Source: an uncultured bacterium
GTDB lineage: Bacteria > Verrucomicrobiota > Verrucomicrobiia > Verrucomicrobiales > DEV007
NCBI GenBank assembly: GCA_963977015.1
Contig: CAXBMO010000011.1
Coordinates: 32,001 to 96,000, forward strand
Length of the DNA stretch: 64,000 bases
Direction: 5' to 3'
The notes beneath the pieces were generated by a model. The model did not search any database. It worked only from the letters and a program-made list of their open reading frames with translations, and was not told the DNA's origin. This document shows, in pieces, positions 19,265 to 29,330 of this stretch (the first letter of the stretch is position 1; each line of letters begins with the position of its first letter). Position numbers and translations under genes: made by a program.

Positions 19265-20164
19265 ATGCTCGAATTCTGCGTTCTCGGAAGTGGTAGTGCT
19301 GGCAACAGTTCCCTGGTTCGATCCGGGAAAACCACGCTTCTGATCGATGCGGGCCTGAGCGCGAAACAGTTGGTGTTGCGGATGCAGGAGGTCGGTGTCA
19401 ATCCCGATCACCTGGACGGGATCGTGCTGACCCATGAACACGGAGATCATACCCGCGGAATCGATGTGCTGTGTCGCAAGCGCAAGTTGGCGGTCTACTG
19501 CAACATCCGGACCCGGGAAGTGCTGCGTCCCAAAGTCGGGAGCGAGGTCTCCTGGCGGATGTTCGAGAGCGGCGATGCATTTCCGATCGGCGACATTCGG
19601 ATTCAGAGCTTTTACATTCCGCACGACGCGGTCGAACCGATGGGGTTCGTCTTCGTGAATGGAGCGGGACGGCTCGGCCTGGTCAGTGACATCGGCCACG
19701 TCACCACCTTGGTCAAAGATCACCTCTCCGGGGTCGATACGCTCTTCGTGGAGGCGAATTACGACGATTTGATGCTCCAGAACGACACGAAACGTCCCTG
19801 GTCGACCAAACAACGGATTTCCTCGCGTCATGGTCACCTCTCGAATGCCCAGGCGGCGGAGTTGGTCTCGGAAGTCGAAAGCGAGAAACTTCATCGCGTG
19901 GTGTTGGGTCACCTGAGCCGCGATTGCAACGCGCCCGACGTCGCTATCGGCGCGATTCGCAAGACGCTCGAACAGCAGAGTCGCGGTGATGTCAGCGTGG
20001 AGTGCGCGGGTCAGAATGAAGTGATTCCGTTTCAACCGGTGCGGAAAGGCGGAATGCCGGTTCCGGTTCAGATCGCCGAGGAAAAGGAGCCGGTTCGCCC
20101 GAAAGCTCCCGCAACGCCGATGAGTCCGTGGCAGGCTTCCCAGCAGTCGCTGTTCGACGTTTGA
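19265..20164 (+). CDS. MBL-fold metallo-hydrolase (YycJ/WalJ-like)
   Basis: LGSGSAGN, LIDAG, THEHGDH, PHDA, EANYD, GHLSN, LGHLS. Confidence 0.92.
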   Translation: MLEFCVLGSGSAGNSSLVRSGKTTLLIDAGLSAKQLVLRMQEVGVNPDHLDGIVLTHEHGDHTRGIDVLCRKRKLAVYCNIRTREVLRPKVGSEVSWRMFESGDAFPIGDIRIQSFYIPHDAVEPMGFVFVNGAGRLGLVSDIGHVTTLVKDHLSGVDTLFVEANYDDLMLQNDTKRPWSTKQRISSRHGHLSNAQAAELVSEVESEKLHRVVLGHLSRDCNAPDVAIGAIRKTLEQQSRGDVSVECAGQNEVIPFQPVRKGGMPVPVQIAEEKEPVRPKAPATPMSPWQASQQSLFDV

Positions 20165-20232
20165 AGCAGGGCGGCGCCAATCGAAAAGAGACCGGCTTGC
20201 GAATCGTGGAAGACGCGGGTTCACTGGTGTTG

Positions 20233-21693
20233 ATGAAAAAACTCCTCTTCGCTCTTTCGCTGGTTTTTCTGGCGATCAATTTTGGCGCGGCTGCTGACCG
20301 CCCGAATATCATTTTCATCATGTGCGATGACCTCGGATATGGTGACGTCCAGTGTCTCGCGCCTGAAACGAGCAAGATCGCGACTCCGCATACGGATCAG
20401 CTTGCTGCGGAGGGGATGATTTTCACGGACGCGCACTCCGGTTCGTCGGTTTGCACCCCAACGCGCTATGGACTGATGACGGGGCGCTACAGTTGGCGGA
20501 CCCGGCTGCAAAAGGGCGTCGTCACCGGTTTCGCGCCCTGCTTGATCGACGAGGATCGCCCAACGGTGGCGAGTTTCCTCAAGGCCCAGGGCTATCACAC
20601 CGGAATCGTCGGGAAGTGGCACCTGGATTTCGAGTATCTCGATCCCACCTCCGGAAAACGCTACTCCCCGAAGCAGCACAAGTCTCCTCCGGTCGGTGCG
20701 AAGATTCCGGATGGCCCGATTCATCGCGGGTTTGACTATTTTCACGGATTTCATCACGCGCGAAACATGGAGGCGGTCATCGAGAATGATGAGGTGATCG
20801 CTCACGATCCGGAGGAGAACATGTTGCCGCGACTGACCAAAAAATCGGTGGAATACATCGCCTCGCGCGCCGGGAAAGAGGAGCCGTTTTTCCTTTATGT
20901 GCCGCTCGGTTCGCCGCACACGCCGATTGTTCCGACCGAAGACTGGAAGGGAAAAAGCGGGTTGGGCTCCTATGGTGATTTCGTGATGCAGACCGATAAC
21001 GTGGTGGGAGAAATCTCTGCGGCGTTGCAGGAGCATGGTTTGGCGGACAACACGTTGGTGATTTTCACGAGCGACAATGGGTGCTCCAAAGCGGCAGATA
21101 TCAAGGGGCTCGCGGAGCAGGGCCATATCGTGAGTGCCCATTTGCGGGGATCCAAAGCGGATATCTGGGACGGCGGGCATCGCGTGCCGTTTATTGTGCG
21201 CTGGCCGGGCAAGGTCGAGGCTGGTTCCCTGAACGATCAGCTCATTTGCCTGGTCGATTTCTTCGCGACGCTTGGTGATCTTCTCGACGAAGATATACCG
21301 GCGGGAAGTGCTGAGGACAGCGTCAGTTTTTTGCCTGCTCTTTCCAATCAGCCGATTGTTTCGACTCGGGCGGGAGTGATCCACCACTCCTACAGCGGGC
21401 ACTTCGCCTACCGGCAGGGCAAGTGGAAGCTCGTCTTGGCCCGGGGATCCGGAGGGTGGAGCTCGCCCAATGAGAAGCAGATGCCCAAGGATGCTCCCAA
21501 GGCTCAACTCTACGACATGGAGAATGACATCGGAGAGACGACCAATCTTTACGAGAGCCAGCCGGAGACGGCTGACCGTTTGCTCAAGCAACTTGTCGCT
21601 GATGTCGAAAGCGGACGAAGCACCGACGGTCCGCCATCATCCAATGATGTCGAGAAGATCAATCTGTGGAAGAGCGAACGGGCGAAGAAGTGA
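20233..21693 (+). CDS. Arylsulfatase (formylglycine-dependent)
   Basis: RPNIIFIMCDDLGYGD, CTPTRYGLMTGRY, GKWHL; signal peptide. Confidence 0.95.
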   Translation: MKKLLFALSLVFLAINFGAAADRPNIIFIMCDDLGYGDVQCLAPETSKIATPHTDQLAAEGMIFTDAHSGSSVCTPTRYGLMTGRYSWRTRLQKGVVTGFAPCLIDEDRPTVASFLKAQGYHTGIVGKWHLDFEYLDPTSGKRYSPKQHKSPPVGAKIPDGPIHRGFDYFHGFHHARNMEAVIENDEVIAHDPEENMLPRLTKKSVEYIASRAGKEEPFFLYVPLGSPHTPIVPTEDWKGKSGLGSYGDFVMQTDNVVGEISAALQEHGLADNTLVIFTSDNGCSKAADIKGLAEQGHIVSAHLRGSKADIWDGGHRVPFIVRWPGKVEAGSLNDQLICLVDFFATLGDLLDEDIPAGSAEDSVSFLPALSNQPIVSTRAGVIHHSYSGHFAYRQGKWKLVLARGSGGWSSPNEKQMPKDAPKAQLYDMENDIGETTNLYESQPETADRLLKQLVADVESGRSTDGPPSSNDVEKINLWKSERAKK

Positions 21694-21726
21694 TTCCCAA
21701 CCCCTGCACTGAACCCTATCACGACC

Positions 21727-22659
21727 ATGGCAACGAAGTTTGAAATTCGCCCGATGACCGAAGCCGACTGGGATGAAGTCGGCGAACTCATCTATCTCTC
21801 GACCAACTACTGGTATGAAGCGAACGGACGTTCGCGGATCTTCGGTTGCGACCCGAAAGAGGCACAACTGTTCTGCCGGGTTTACGAGGATCTCGACCCG
21901 GGATGTTGTCTGCTCGCGATTCACCCGGATTCGAAACGCATCATCGGTTCCTGCTTTTATCACCCGCGGGAGACTCATGTTTCGTTGGGCATCATGAATG
22001 TTCACCCGAATCATTTCGGGGCGAAAGTCGCGGGCGGGTTGCTCGAGGAAATCATCTCTCTTGCGGGATCGCAGAATCTCCCGGTGCGTCTCGTTTCGAG
22101 CGCGATGAATTTGGATTCGTTTTCGCTCTACACGAAGAGAGGCTTTCGCTCGATTCGGTCCTTTCAGGACATGTTCGTATCGGTTCCCGGGGATGGATTG
22201 AAGAATCTGCCCCCGGCCCAAACCGTGCGCGAAGCGACGCTCGATGATGTTCCTGCGATGGTGCAGTTGGAAGAAGAGTTGACCGGAATTCGTCGGGCGA
22301 AGGATTATCGATATTTCATCGAGAACCGGCTGGGAATCTGGCATACCTCGGTGTCGACCGATGCAACATCGGGGAAAATCGACGGTTTTCTCAGTTCCGT
22401 CACCCATCCCGCGAGCAATATGTTGGGGCCCGGTTGTGCCAGGACTTCGCAAGCGGCGTTCGACCTGATCGTCGCCGAACTGGATCGTCAGCGGGGCCGT
22501 TCTCCGGTTTTCCTCGTGCCAACCGATGATCAGCAACTGGCTTCCGCTCTCTACGCGATCGGAGCGCGCAATTGCGAACTCCATTTTGCGCAGGTTTGTG
22601 GCGAAACGCAGCCCAGCGCGGGCGTGGTGATGCCCACATTCATGCCTGAAACGGGATAG
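21727..22659 (+). CDS. GNAT-family N-acetyltransferase
   Basis: IRPMTEAD, VHPNHFGAKVAGGLL, SLYTKRGF; duplicated GNAT-like fold. Confidence 0.8.
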   Translation: MATKFEIRPMTEADWDEVGELIYLSTNYWYEANGRSRIFGCDPKEAQLFCRVYEDLDPGCCLLAIHPDSKRIIGSCFYHPRETHVSLGIMNVHPNHFGAKVAGGLLEEIISLAGSQNLPVRLVSSAMNLDSFSLYTKRGFRSIRSFQDMFVSVPGDGLKNLPPAQTVREATLDDVPAMVQLEEELTGIRRAKDYRYFIENRLGIWHTSVSTDATSGKIDGFLSSVTHPASNMLGPGCARTSQAAFDLIVAELDRQRGRSPVFLVPTDDQQLASALYAIGARNCELHFAQVCGETQPSAGVVMPTFMPETG

Positions 22660-22708
22660 TCGGCTTTTTTCCTTTTCTCGATCCTCAAATCCTCCTAGAT
22701 TCACTACA

Positions 22709-23290
22709 ATGGATGGTCGCAGCAGTGCAGATACTTTTCTGGAAAAGAATCGAGAGATTGTTTGCCACGCCAGCGCCATGGCCGATCAGAAGGCCAGTAT
22801 TATTCTGGGATCAGAATTCATTATACTAACCATCATCATCACCGGAATCTGGGTGCCGCAATACGATGCCGCTACGGGAACGGTTTCCCTCCAAACGGGG
22901 GCCGAGCAGATTCCGATCTGGAGTCTCACGCTGTTTTTCTCGATTCTGGTCTCCGTAGCCTTCTCCCTGATTGTGCTAATGCCCAAGTTGGGACCGAACC
23001 GAAGGAAAAGGGTCGTGAAACGAGGAAGTCTGCTTTTCTTCTCTTCAATTGCGGAGATGAACAAGGATGACTACATCAATGAAATGAAGAAGGTGCTGGC
23101 GGATGATGAGTTGATTTACGAAACCATCCTTGGAGATATCTACAATGAATCACGAGTCTTGCGCTACAAGAAATACCACTACCTGAAGCTGAGCTACCTC
23201 ACCTTGATGGTCGGAATCATTCTTACGATGATCGTTTTCTCCGTCGAGCATTTCAACATCATTGATTTGCTGCCCAAGCTACCCCTTTGA
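22709..23290 (+). CDS. Pycsar effector-family (DUF5706/PycTM-like) membrane protein
   Basis: MADQKASIIL-TM...TM-LMP...SLLFFSSI...Y...DIY...VL..KKYHYLKLSY-TM signature. Confidence 0.82.
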   Translation: MDGRSSADTFLEKNREIVCHASAMADQKASIILGSEFIILTIIITGIWVPQYDAATGTVSLQTGAEQIPIWSLTLFFSILVSVAFSLIVLMPKLGPNRRKRVVKRGSLLFFSSIAEMNKDDYINEMKKVLADDELIYETILGDIYNESRVLRYKKYHYLKLSYLTLMVGIILTMIVFSVEHFNIIDLLPKLPL

Positions 23291-23354
23291 TTTTGCAAAT
23301 GATTGGGTTTCGAAGCTCTGATGATTGTGGTTCTCTCATCAGATTTTAAGAGCA

Positions 23355-24755
23355 ATGTCAGACTTCACCATTGATACCAGGCCGACGCTGGACTTTCACG
23401 AGCGATTGAAGGAAATCGCGTTGAACGATACAGATTCCCTGCATCGGGCATTGCTGCAGTCCAATGATGAGATGGCCCGCTTTGGCGATAGTGGATTGGA
23501 CAGCAAACAGATTCTGGATGCTGCATTGACCGCTTTTTTGTTGGATCAAGCCGGAGTCCGGACGCTCTACCAGTTCGCGACGACGCTGCATAATCTGGTC
23601 GAAAAGACTCTCAATTACGTCATCGATTCGCCGGAGCTTCTGCGAACCCATTTTCCCAGCCATGAGCGGATCTTTCCCCACCTGAAGAAGACCGCCGGAA
23701 CCGGGAATTGGCAGGTCATCTCGCGATGCGATTTGGCCATCACACCAGGCGGGGGCATCAAAGTGATGGAGTTGAACAACGGTTGTCCCGGTGGGTATAT
23801 CGTCTCCCGGCACTTGATCGAACCCTCCAAGCACGCTCTGCGGCGGTTTGGGTTTGGCGAGGAGATTGCGGGGTGGTCGTCCGTCACGGTCGAGCCCAAC
23901 GCAATTGTCGACACGCTTCTCAAGTTGGAAACCAAGGCCGGGATTGAGCCCGGCGTCATTGGAATTCTGTATGACGAGAATGAGTTGAAGTTTGAGCTCG
24001 ATGAGTTGGCGCGCGAGTTCGAAAAATCGGGACGGGTGGCGAAGGTGGCCGATGCTCGTAAACTTGAGTATCGGGACGGAAAGCTTTTTGACGGCGCCGA
24101 TTACCTTTCGGCAACCTACAACAAGTTCCGGGTGAGCACGCCGGACAGCCCGAATCATTGCTGGAAAGCGGGATTCGAAGAACGGTATCCGGCTTATCTG
24201 AGGGCGCAGGATGAAGGCGTGGTGGTTACGATCAACAATCTTTGCGGAATGACGATCGCGGAAGACAAAGGTCTGCTCGCCTTGCTGCGGCGTCCGGAAT
24301 TTCAGGAATTGATGTCTCCAGAAGAGCAGGCTCTCGTGCAACATAGCGTGCTTTGGACTGAGCGCCTTGAAGATCGGGAGGTGGAAATTGATGGAGCAAT
24401 GACCAATGTCCTGGAGCATGTGAGGACGAACAAAGATCGTTATGTCATCAAGCCGGCAAATGAGGGGCGCGGCTTTGGAGTCGTGATTGGGAAATCCGCG
24501 ACACAGGAAACGTGGGACGAAGCCTGTAAACTGAATCCGGAGTTGCCGTGCATTGTTCAGGAATACGTCGAGCTGATCTCGATGCCGGTCGGGAACGTGC
24601 GGAGCGGGAAATTTGCGATTGATCCGATGCACCTCACGCTGGCAGTTGCGAATGCAGACGGCACTCCGCATGGCTTGGTGTGCCGGATTTCGAGCGAGTT
24701 GGTGACCAACGTTTCCCAATGCGGATTTGGTCAGGCAGCTTTCCAGTTGAGCTAA
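23355..24755 (+). CDS. Circularly permuted ATP-grasp ligase (glutathionylspermidine synthase-like)
   Basis: RCDL...KVMELNNGCPGG, EDKGLLALL, WT, YVIKPANEGRGFGVVIG, IVQEYV. Confidence 0.82.
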   Translation: MSDFTIDTRPTLDFHERLKEIALNDTDSLHRALLQSNDEMARFGDSGLDSKQILDAALTAFLLDQAGVRTLYQFATTLHNLVEKTLNYVIDSPELLRTHFPSHERIFPHLKKTAGTGNWQVISRCDLAITPGGGIKVMELNNGCPGGYIVSRHLIEPSKHALRRFGFGEEIAGWSSVTVEPNAIVDTLLKLETKAGIEPGVIGILYDENELKFELDELAREFEKSGRVAKVADARKLEYRDGKLFDGADYLSATYNKFRVSTPDSPNHCWKAGFEERYPAYLRAQDEGVVVTINNLCGMTIAEDKGLLALLRRPEFQELMSPEEQALVQHSVLWTERLEDREVEIDGAMTNVLEHVRTNKDRYVIKPANEGRGFGVVIGKSATQETWDEACKLNPELPCIVQEYVELISMPVGNVRSGKFAIDPMHLTLAVANADGTPHGLVCRISSELVTNVSQCGFGQAAFQLS

Positions 24756-24756
24756 A

Positions 24757-25719
24757 CTAAGCCGAAGGCTCCGTCGGCGAGGGCTCGGGCGGGCTGCCCT
24801 TCAGCACGAAGTAGAGTCCGGCGCAGACCAACAACAAGGAAGTCAGCGCAAAATGGGAAACCGGCTCTTTGAGGATCACCGATCCCAGGATGACGCCAAG
24901 TGGCGGGGTGAAGAGCCGGAATACGTTGAGTTGGTTGGCGGAGAATTTGGAGAGAAGAAAGAGCCAAATCAGGAATCCCATCGCTGAGACGACCAAACCT
25001 TGATAAACCATTCCTCCCACGACCGCAGAACTCAAGATCATCGGTTCACCGGATTCCTTGAACAACGCGATGACGCCAAAAATCGCGACGGCAGCGGCTC
25101 CATCCCAGAACGCCAATTTGACGGGATGCATGTGTTCCAGGATTCGTTTCATAACTACGATCTTGGTTCCAACGAAGAAAGCTGCACCAACGACCATGAT
25201 GTTTCCCAGGAGCGAGCCGGATGCCGGGTGTTCGTTGCCCTCAAGAACAAGGAGGGGAATCCCGGAAAATGCGATCGCGATTCCCAGTACAATCCGGGCG
25301 GTGAGCCGGTGCCCTTTCAGAATGAAATGACCGGCAAACGCCGCGAAAAAGGGAAACGAATTGATGAGAATGGTGCTGTGGACGCTGGTCGTTGCACGCG
25401 TTCCCAGCGTAAACAGGCAAATCTGGGTGCACAGGAGAAACCCGCTCAGCATCAGGGCTTTCCATTCATTCCCAACGGGTTTCAGGCCCACGCGGAGTAC
25501 GCGGGAGACCAGGTAGACGATTGGCAGCGCCATCAGAAAGCGCAGCGCCATGATCGTGATGGGCGGAATGCCCTCTAGCGCGACTTTGACGGCTACCGAT
25601 TGCCCGGCCCAGATCGCGGCACACCCCAGAGCCGCGAGTGCCGCCCACCATGCCAACTTGCGCACGACGATCGTCTCCTGGTCTTTAAGGTTGTCTACTT
25701 GATCAATCGGGACTGACAC
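24757..25719 (-). CDS. DMT/EamA-family transporter
   Basis: About 10 TM helices; IWAG, LRF, P..GVILGSVILKE. Confidence 0.92.
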   Translation of the reverse strand: MSVPIDQVDNLKDQETIVVRKLAWWAALAALGCAAIWAGQSVAVKVALEGIPPITIMALRFLMALPIVYLVSRVLRVGLKPVGNEWKALMLSGFLLCTQICLFTLGTRATTSVHSTILINSFPFFAAFAGHFILKGHRLTARIVLGIAIAFSGIPLLVLEGNEHPASGSLLGNIMVVGAAFFVGTKIVVMKRILEHMHPVKLAFWDGAAAVAIFGVIALFKESGEPMILSSAVVGGMVYQGLVVSAMGFLIWLFLLSKFSANQLNVFRLFTPPLGVILGSVILKEPVSHFALTSLLLVCAGLYFVLKGSPPEPSPTEPSA

Positions 25720-25724
25720 CAGCT

Positions 25725-28700
25725 TTAGTCGTTGCTTCGAAGGGTTGCTTGCATAGAAGCTCCTGCGAGTTCGGCTGTGGGGCTGGGATTGTCAAGTCGC
25801 GACGAAATCATGGCTTGATCGGCCAACTCGCTACGAAGGGCATTGGCGCGGTTGCGAATGGCATTCAAGTAGGCGTTTCCAATGTTGTTGGACTGCCAGG
25901 GTTTGGCGTAAAACTTGTAGGCTTGGTCGAGTTCCTCTCGATCTGGTGACTGGATTCCCTTACGGACATACTCGCAAATCAGCAGGAGCAGCTGGCGATC
26001 GTCTCGCGAAATGACGGTTTCTGTATCTTGGCTCTGGCCAACAACGATCGCTCGAAGCGCTTCCTTGACGTTTCCGTCGGAAAAAGCGCGCGCGACGGTC
26101 AATTCCAGGGGGGCCTTGTCTTGCGGGATCTGGATTTCCTTCAGCATTTCGGCACAGAGTTCCGGATTGCCAAGCATGGCTTCGATCCAGGCTGCCCGGT
26201 AGGTCTGACTCAAATAAATGTTGTGGCGGGGATCGGTTGGTTCATTCCACTTCATTTTTTCTGCGGACTCGAGATAGCCGTCCAACTCCAATTTCGCTGC
26301 TTCCAGATTTCCAGAGACGAAAATGTGGTAGTCGGCAAATCGTTGCCGGAAGTTGGGGAGAAACGATTCCCATTGGCTAGCCTCCGCGAAATATTCCCAA
26401 TCTTCCGGGTTCGAAGCTTTTTCGATCGATTTCTCCAAGGCGAGTTCGGCGTTGTGGGCATTGCCGGAGAAATGCGCCGCGAGTGCCTTCAGGAGGTTGC
26501 AACGAATGTACTGCCGACACACGTCGAGATAGATTTCACTTTCTTCCGTCGGGCCGGGCAAGGAATTCGTTTCCGGGTCCTTTCCTTCTGCAATGACCCT
26601 GTCGATGGTTTTCTGTCGAGTCGCGGCGGCCAATTCCGCCTGTCGTTCGCTCTTGCCGAGCTTCCAAAACTCGAGATAAAAGTGAGCACGGTGCTGATTG
26701 ATGACCGCAGCGTAAAGATGGTCGTCGGGGCTGGGAGAACCGGCAAGTTGAATCGCGGGAAAGCAATCGCCCAACCGGCCCATCGCGCGGTTAAAGACCT
26801 CCTCGATCCGATCTTCGTCATAGTTGCCGACGCCCGATCGATCGGAAGCCTGGGTCATGGTTGACTGGCGGACCATGCTTTCCCCAAGTAGGGCCAAAAC
26901 GTAAACGTGCAGAAGGCTGTCCGTGACGGAGTGGAGATTGGTTTCCGCCTGCGTGAGTTTCTGGATGACATCGAGAAACTCGTTTCGGCGTTCGTAATGG
27001 AGACGAGCCGCGTCGGAATAACAAAGCCCGAGTAGTCCATCGACAATTTCGCCTTCGGCAGATTGCCGTTTGGCCCGCATTTCTTTGATGTAGAGCTCTT
27101 CGGCTTTCTTGAAGGCAAAGAGCGCGCGATCGTAGTCGTTGGAGGACTTTCCGAATCGACTCCTGATCGATTTTAGTTGTTCGAGACTGGCTGGATCATT
27201 GGTATCGTTGGGCGCAGGCTTGAGGCTGGTCAGGAGATTCGCGATCAAATGCCAGTCGGTTGCGCTGATTTCGGAACGTTTCGTGATCTGCGCGATGAGC
27301 TCGTAGCAGGCGGGCCTTCCCAATTCGCGAATGTATTGGCCTTGGTCGGCTTTCATCAAGTTGCCGATTTCGATCAACTTCGGAGTGAGCGGACTCGCGG
27401 ATCCTGGCAGCCACCGCTCCTTCAACTTGGAGTAAAAGTCCGATGCTTCGTGGGAAACGAGCATGTGATGCTTGAGATCCGCCAGATTCACCCCACGGCC
27501 CCGCTCCTTGTAAAACGTTCGCCGCATTTCCGGGGTAAACCAGGGCGAGACATCGAACCACCAGGACTGACCGTCCAGTGCCGGCGCCAGGCTGACGAAC
27601 AACGCCCGTTCCCGTTCCTGCGGTTGCCGAACGATCATATTGAAGAAGTAAAACCCCAAACCTACGAGAAGGAGAACGGCCGCGATCTTCATCGCATATT
27701 GGAAGCCCGGCCTCAGTTTCGGAACGATGTCGTAGACGGTTTCGACCTGATCCTGGAGCTTGACGGTCGCGCCAGCGATTTGGCGAACCTTGAAGCGCCG
27801 GTTTCGGTCGTTAATGTGGGTCCGGGCCGAGCCGGAGACACGGATGGCGCCGGGATAGGCCGAACCTGGCAGGACGTCCACCGCCTCGGCCGCAGCAGAG
27901 CCTTCCACCAATCCTTCTGTTTTCTCCATGACCAACCCGTAGTGAACCGCGCCCCGCGTTTGGTCTTTCGTGGCGCGCTTGACATCAATGAGAAACCGAA
28001 TGCCGTCCTGAACCCGCTCAAACGCGAAGACGCGGGTCAATTCTGAAACATCCTTGGAAATCTTGGCTTCCTTGCCCTTGGCGCGTTGGGCCGCGCGTTC
28101 AATCGCCGGAGCGAAGGTGTCGATCGCTTCACCGGCGCTCACTGCCGCCAGGGCTGCGGGTTTCAACTGGGTTTGTCCTTTGCCCTTGCGCGGCGTGCGC
28201 GGCTCCAACCCGGGCGGGCAATATTCCCAGACCTCGACATCTTCAACGATTCCCTGAAGGCTGACGGCGTTGTGGCGATGCACCTTGCCGTCGGAGGTTT
28301 CGTCGCCCAGCACGTCCTGAATCTGGAAGGCGACGGAAGGGGAGAGGATGATTTGATCTTCCTGGGAAAGGTCGTTCAAGCGATGAACCCGGTCGACAAA
28401 CGAGCCTTGCAGGGTGCCTTCGGCATTTCGCATGACCTTTCCCGTATCAATCGAAAGGTGATACTGAATGTGGGGACATTCGTAGCCTGCTGGCGCGGGA
28501 ATCCGATAAGGCTCTTTCAGCACTTCCAGCGTCCAGAGCCGGGCTGGGTCGGGATCGGGAAAGGAGAGAAAGCAGGAATCGCCGGTTTGATCGACGATGT
28601 TCCCGCCGAATTGTTTGGCCAGAGTCGCCGTGTATTCGCGAAACGGCTTGAGCACCTTGTTCTCATAATTGGCGAGGCGCTCTTCCTGATTCGCTCCCAT

Positions 28701-29330
28701 CAAGGGTTTGATGGAAGTGGAATGCAGGATGTCGATCACGACCAGCGACAACCGCACGATTTCGCCCTCCACTTCACCCGAAGCGCCGGTTTGCTGGATC
28801 GCGCGAAGCTGATAAATGCGGGTAGGGTCGCGATTTTCGAGCAACCGGTGGCGACCGAGAAGCAACACCTCCAATTCGCCCATGTCGCTGGCGGTCAAGC
28901 TTTCCGCGACTTCGTCTTCAATGTAAATTTCGTTGGGTCCCGCACCGCCGGCGAGGGCGTGCGCGTGGGCGACTCCCCGAAAGTCCTCCTCATCGCTCCC
29001 TCGCGACGAACAGGAAATTCCGACATAAAACTGGATCGGATCTTCCAGTCCCTTGGGAACAAAACGAATGCTGTTTTCGTCACTGCCGACGAGCGCTCTT
29101 GCGATCGTGATGATTTGGGATGATCCGCTCGTTTCGATCACGAACGGGCTCACCTTGTTCGAGAGAGAGGCGTTGTGTTCTCCGCACAGCTTCTGGAGCT
29201 TGTTGGCGACCGGGCGATCGACGCGCTGCAGATAGAGATCGGGATCTGCTGAATCTCCCAACTCCTTCTTCAAGGCGTCGGCGTTCGCGATATCGACAAC
29301 GATAACGAAGTTCTTTTCGATGTTTCTCAT
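25725..29330 (-). CDS. Membrane-anchored protein: three class III nucleotide cyclase-like domains + TM + large helical (TPR-like) C-terminal region
   Basis: Central domain VVIDILHST (D200)...GGNIVDQTGD (D251)...SIDTG...QGSFVDRVHRL (R317)...QIILS...SLQG; degenerate copies either side; TM about aa 549-568. Confidence 0.78.
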   Translation of the reverse strand: MRNIEKNFVIVVDIANADALKKELGDSADPDLYLQRVDRPVANKLQKLCGEHNASLSNKVSPFVIETSGSSQIITIARALVGSDENSIRFVPKGLEDPIQFYVGISCSSRGSDEEDFRGVAHAHALAGGAGPNEIYIEDEVAESLTASDMGELEVLLLGRHRLLENRDPTRIYQLRAIQQTGASGEVEGEIVRLSLVVIDILHSTSIKPLMGANQEERLANYENKVLKPFREYTATLAKQFGGNIVDQTGDSCFLSFPDPDPARLWTLEVLKEPYRIPAPAGYECPHIQYHLSIDTGKVMRNAEGTLQGSFVDRVHRLNDLSQEDQIILSPSVAFQIQDVLGDETSDGKVHRHNAVSLQGIVEDVEVWEYCPPGLEPRTPRKGKGQTQLKPAALAAVSAGEAIDTFAPAIERAAQRAKGKEAKISKDVSELTRVFAFERVQDGIRFLIDVKRATKDQTRGAVHYGLVMEKTEGLVEGSAAAEAVDVLPGSAYPGAIRVSGSARTHINDRNRRFKVRQIAGATVKLQDQVETVYDIVPKLRPGFQYAMKIAAVLLLVGLGFYFFNMIVRQPQERERALFVSLAPALDGQSWWFDVSPWFTPEMRRTFYKERGRGVNLADLKHHMLVSHEASDFYSKLKERWLPGSASPLTPKLIEIGNLMKADQGQYIRELGRPACYELIAQITKRSEISATDWHLIANLLTSLKPAPNDTNDPASLEQLKSIRSRFGKSSNDYDRALFAFKKAEELYIKEMRAKRQSAEGEIVDGLLGLCYSDAARLHYERRNEFLDVIQKLTQAETNLHSVTDSLLHVYVLALLGESMVRQSTMTQASDRSGVGNYDEDRIEEVFNRAMGRLGDCFPAIQLAGSPSPDDHLYAAVINQHRAHFYLEFWKLGKSERQAELAAATRQKTIDRVIAEGKDPETNSLPGPTEESEIYLDVCRQYIRCNLLKALAAHFSGNAHNAELALEKSIEKASNPEDWEYFAEASQWESFLPNFRQRFADYHIFVSGNLEAAKLELDGYLESAEKMKWNEPTDPRHNIYLSQTYRAAWIEAMLGNPELCAEMLKEIQIPQDKAPLELTVARAFSDGNVKEALRAIVVGQSQDTETVISRDDRQLLLLICEYVRKGIQSPDREELDQAYKFYAKPWQSNNIGNAYLNAIRNRANALRSELADQAMISSRLDNPSPTAELAGASMQATLRSND

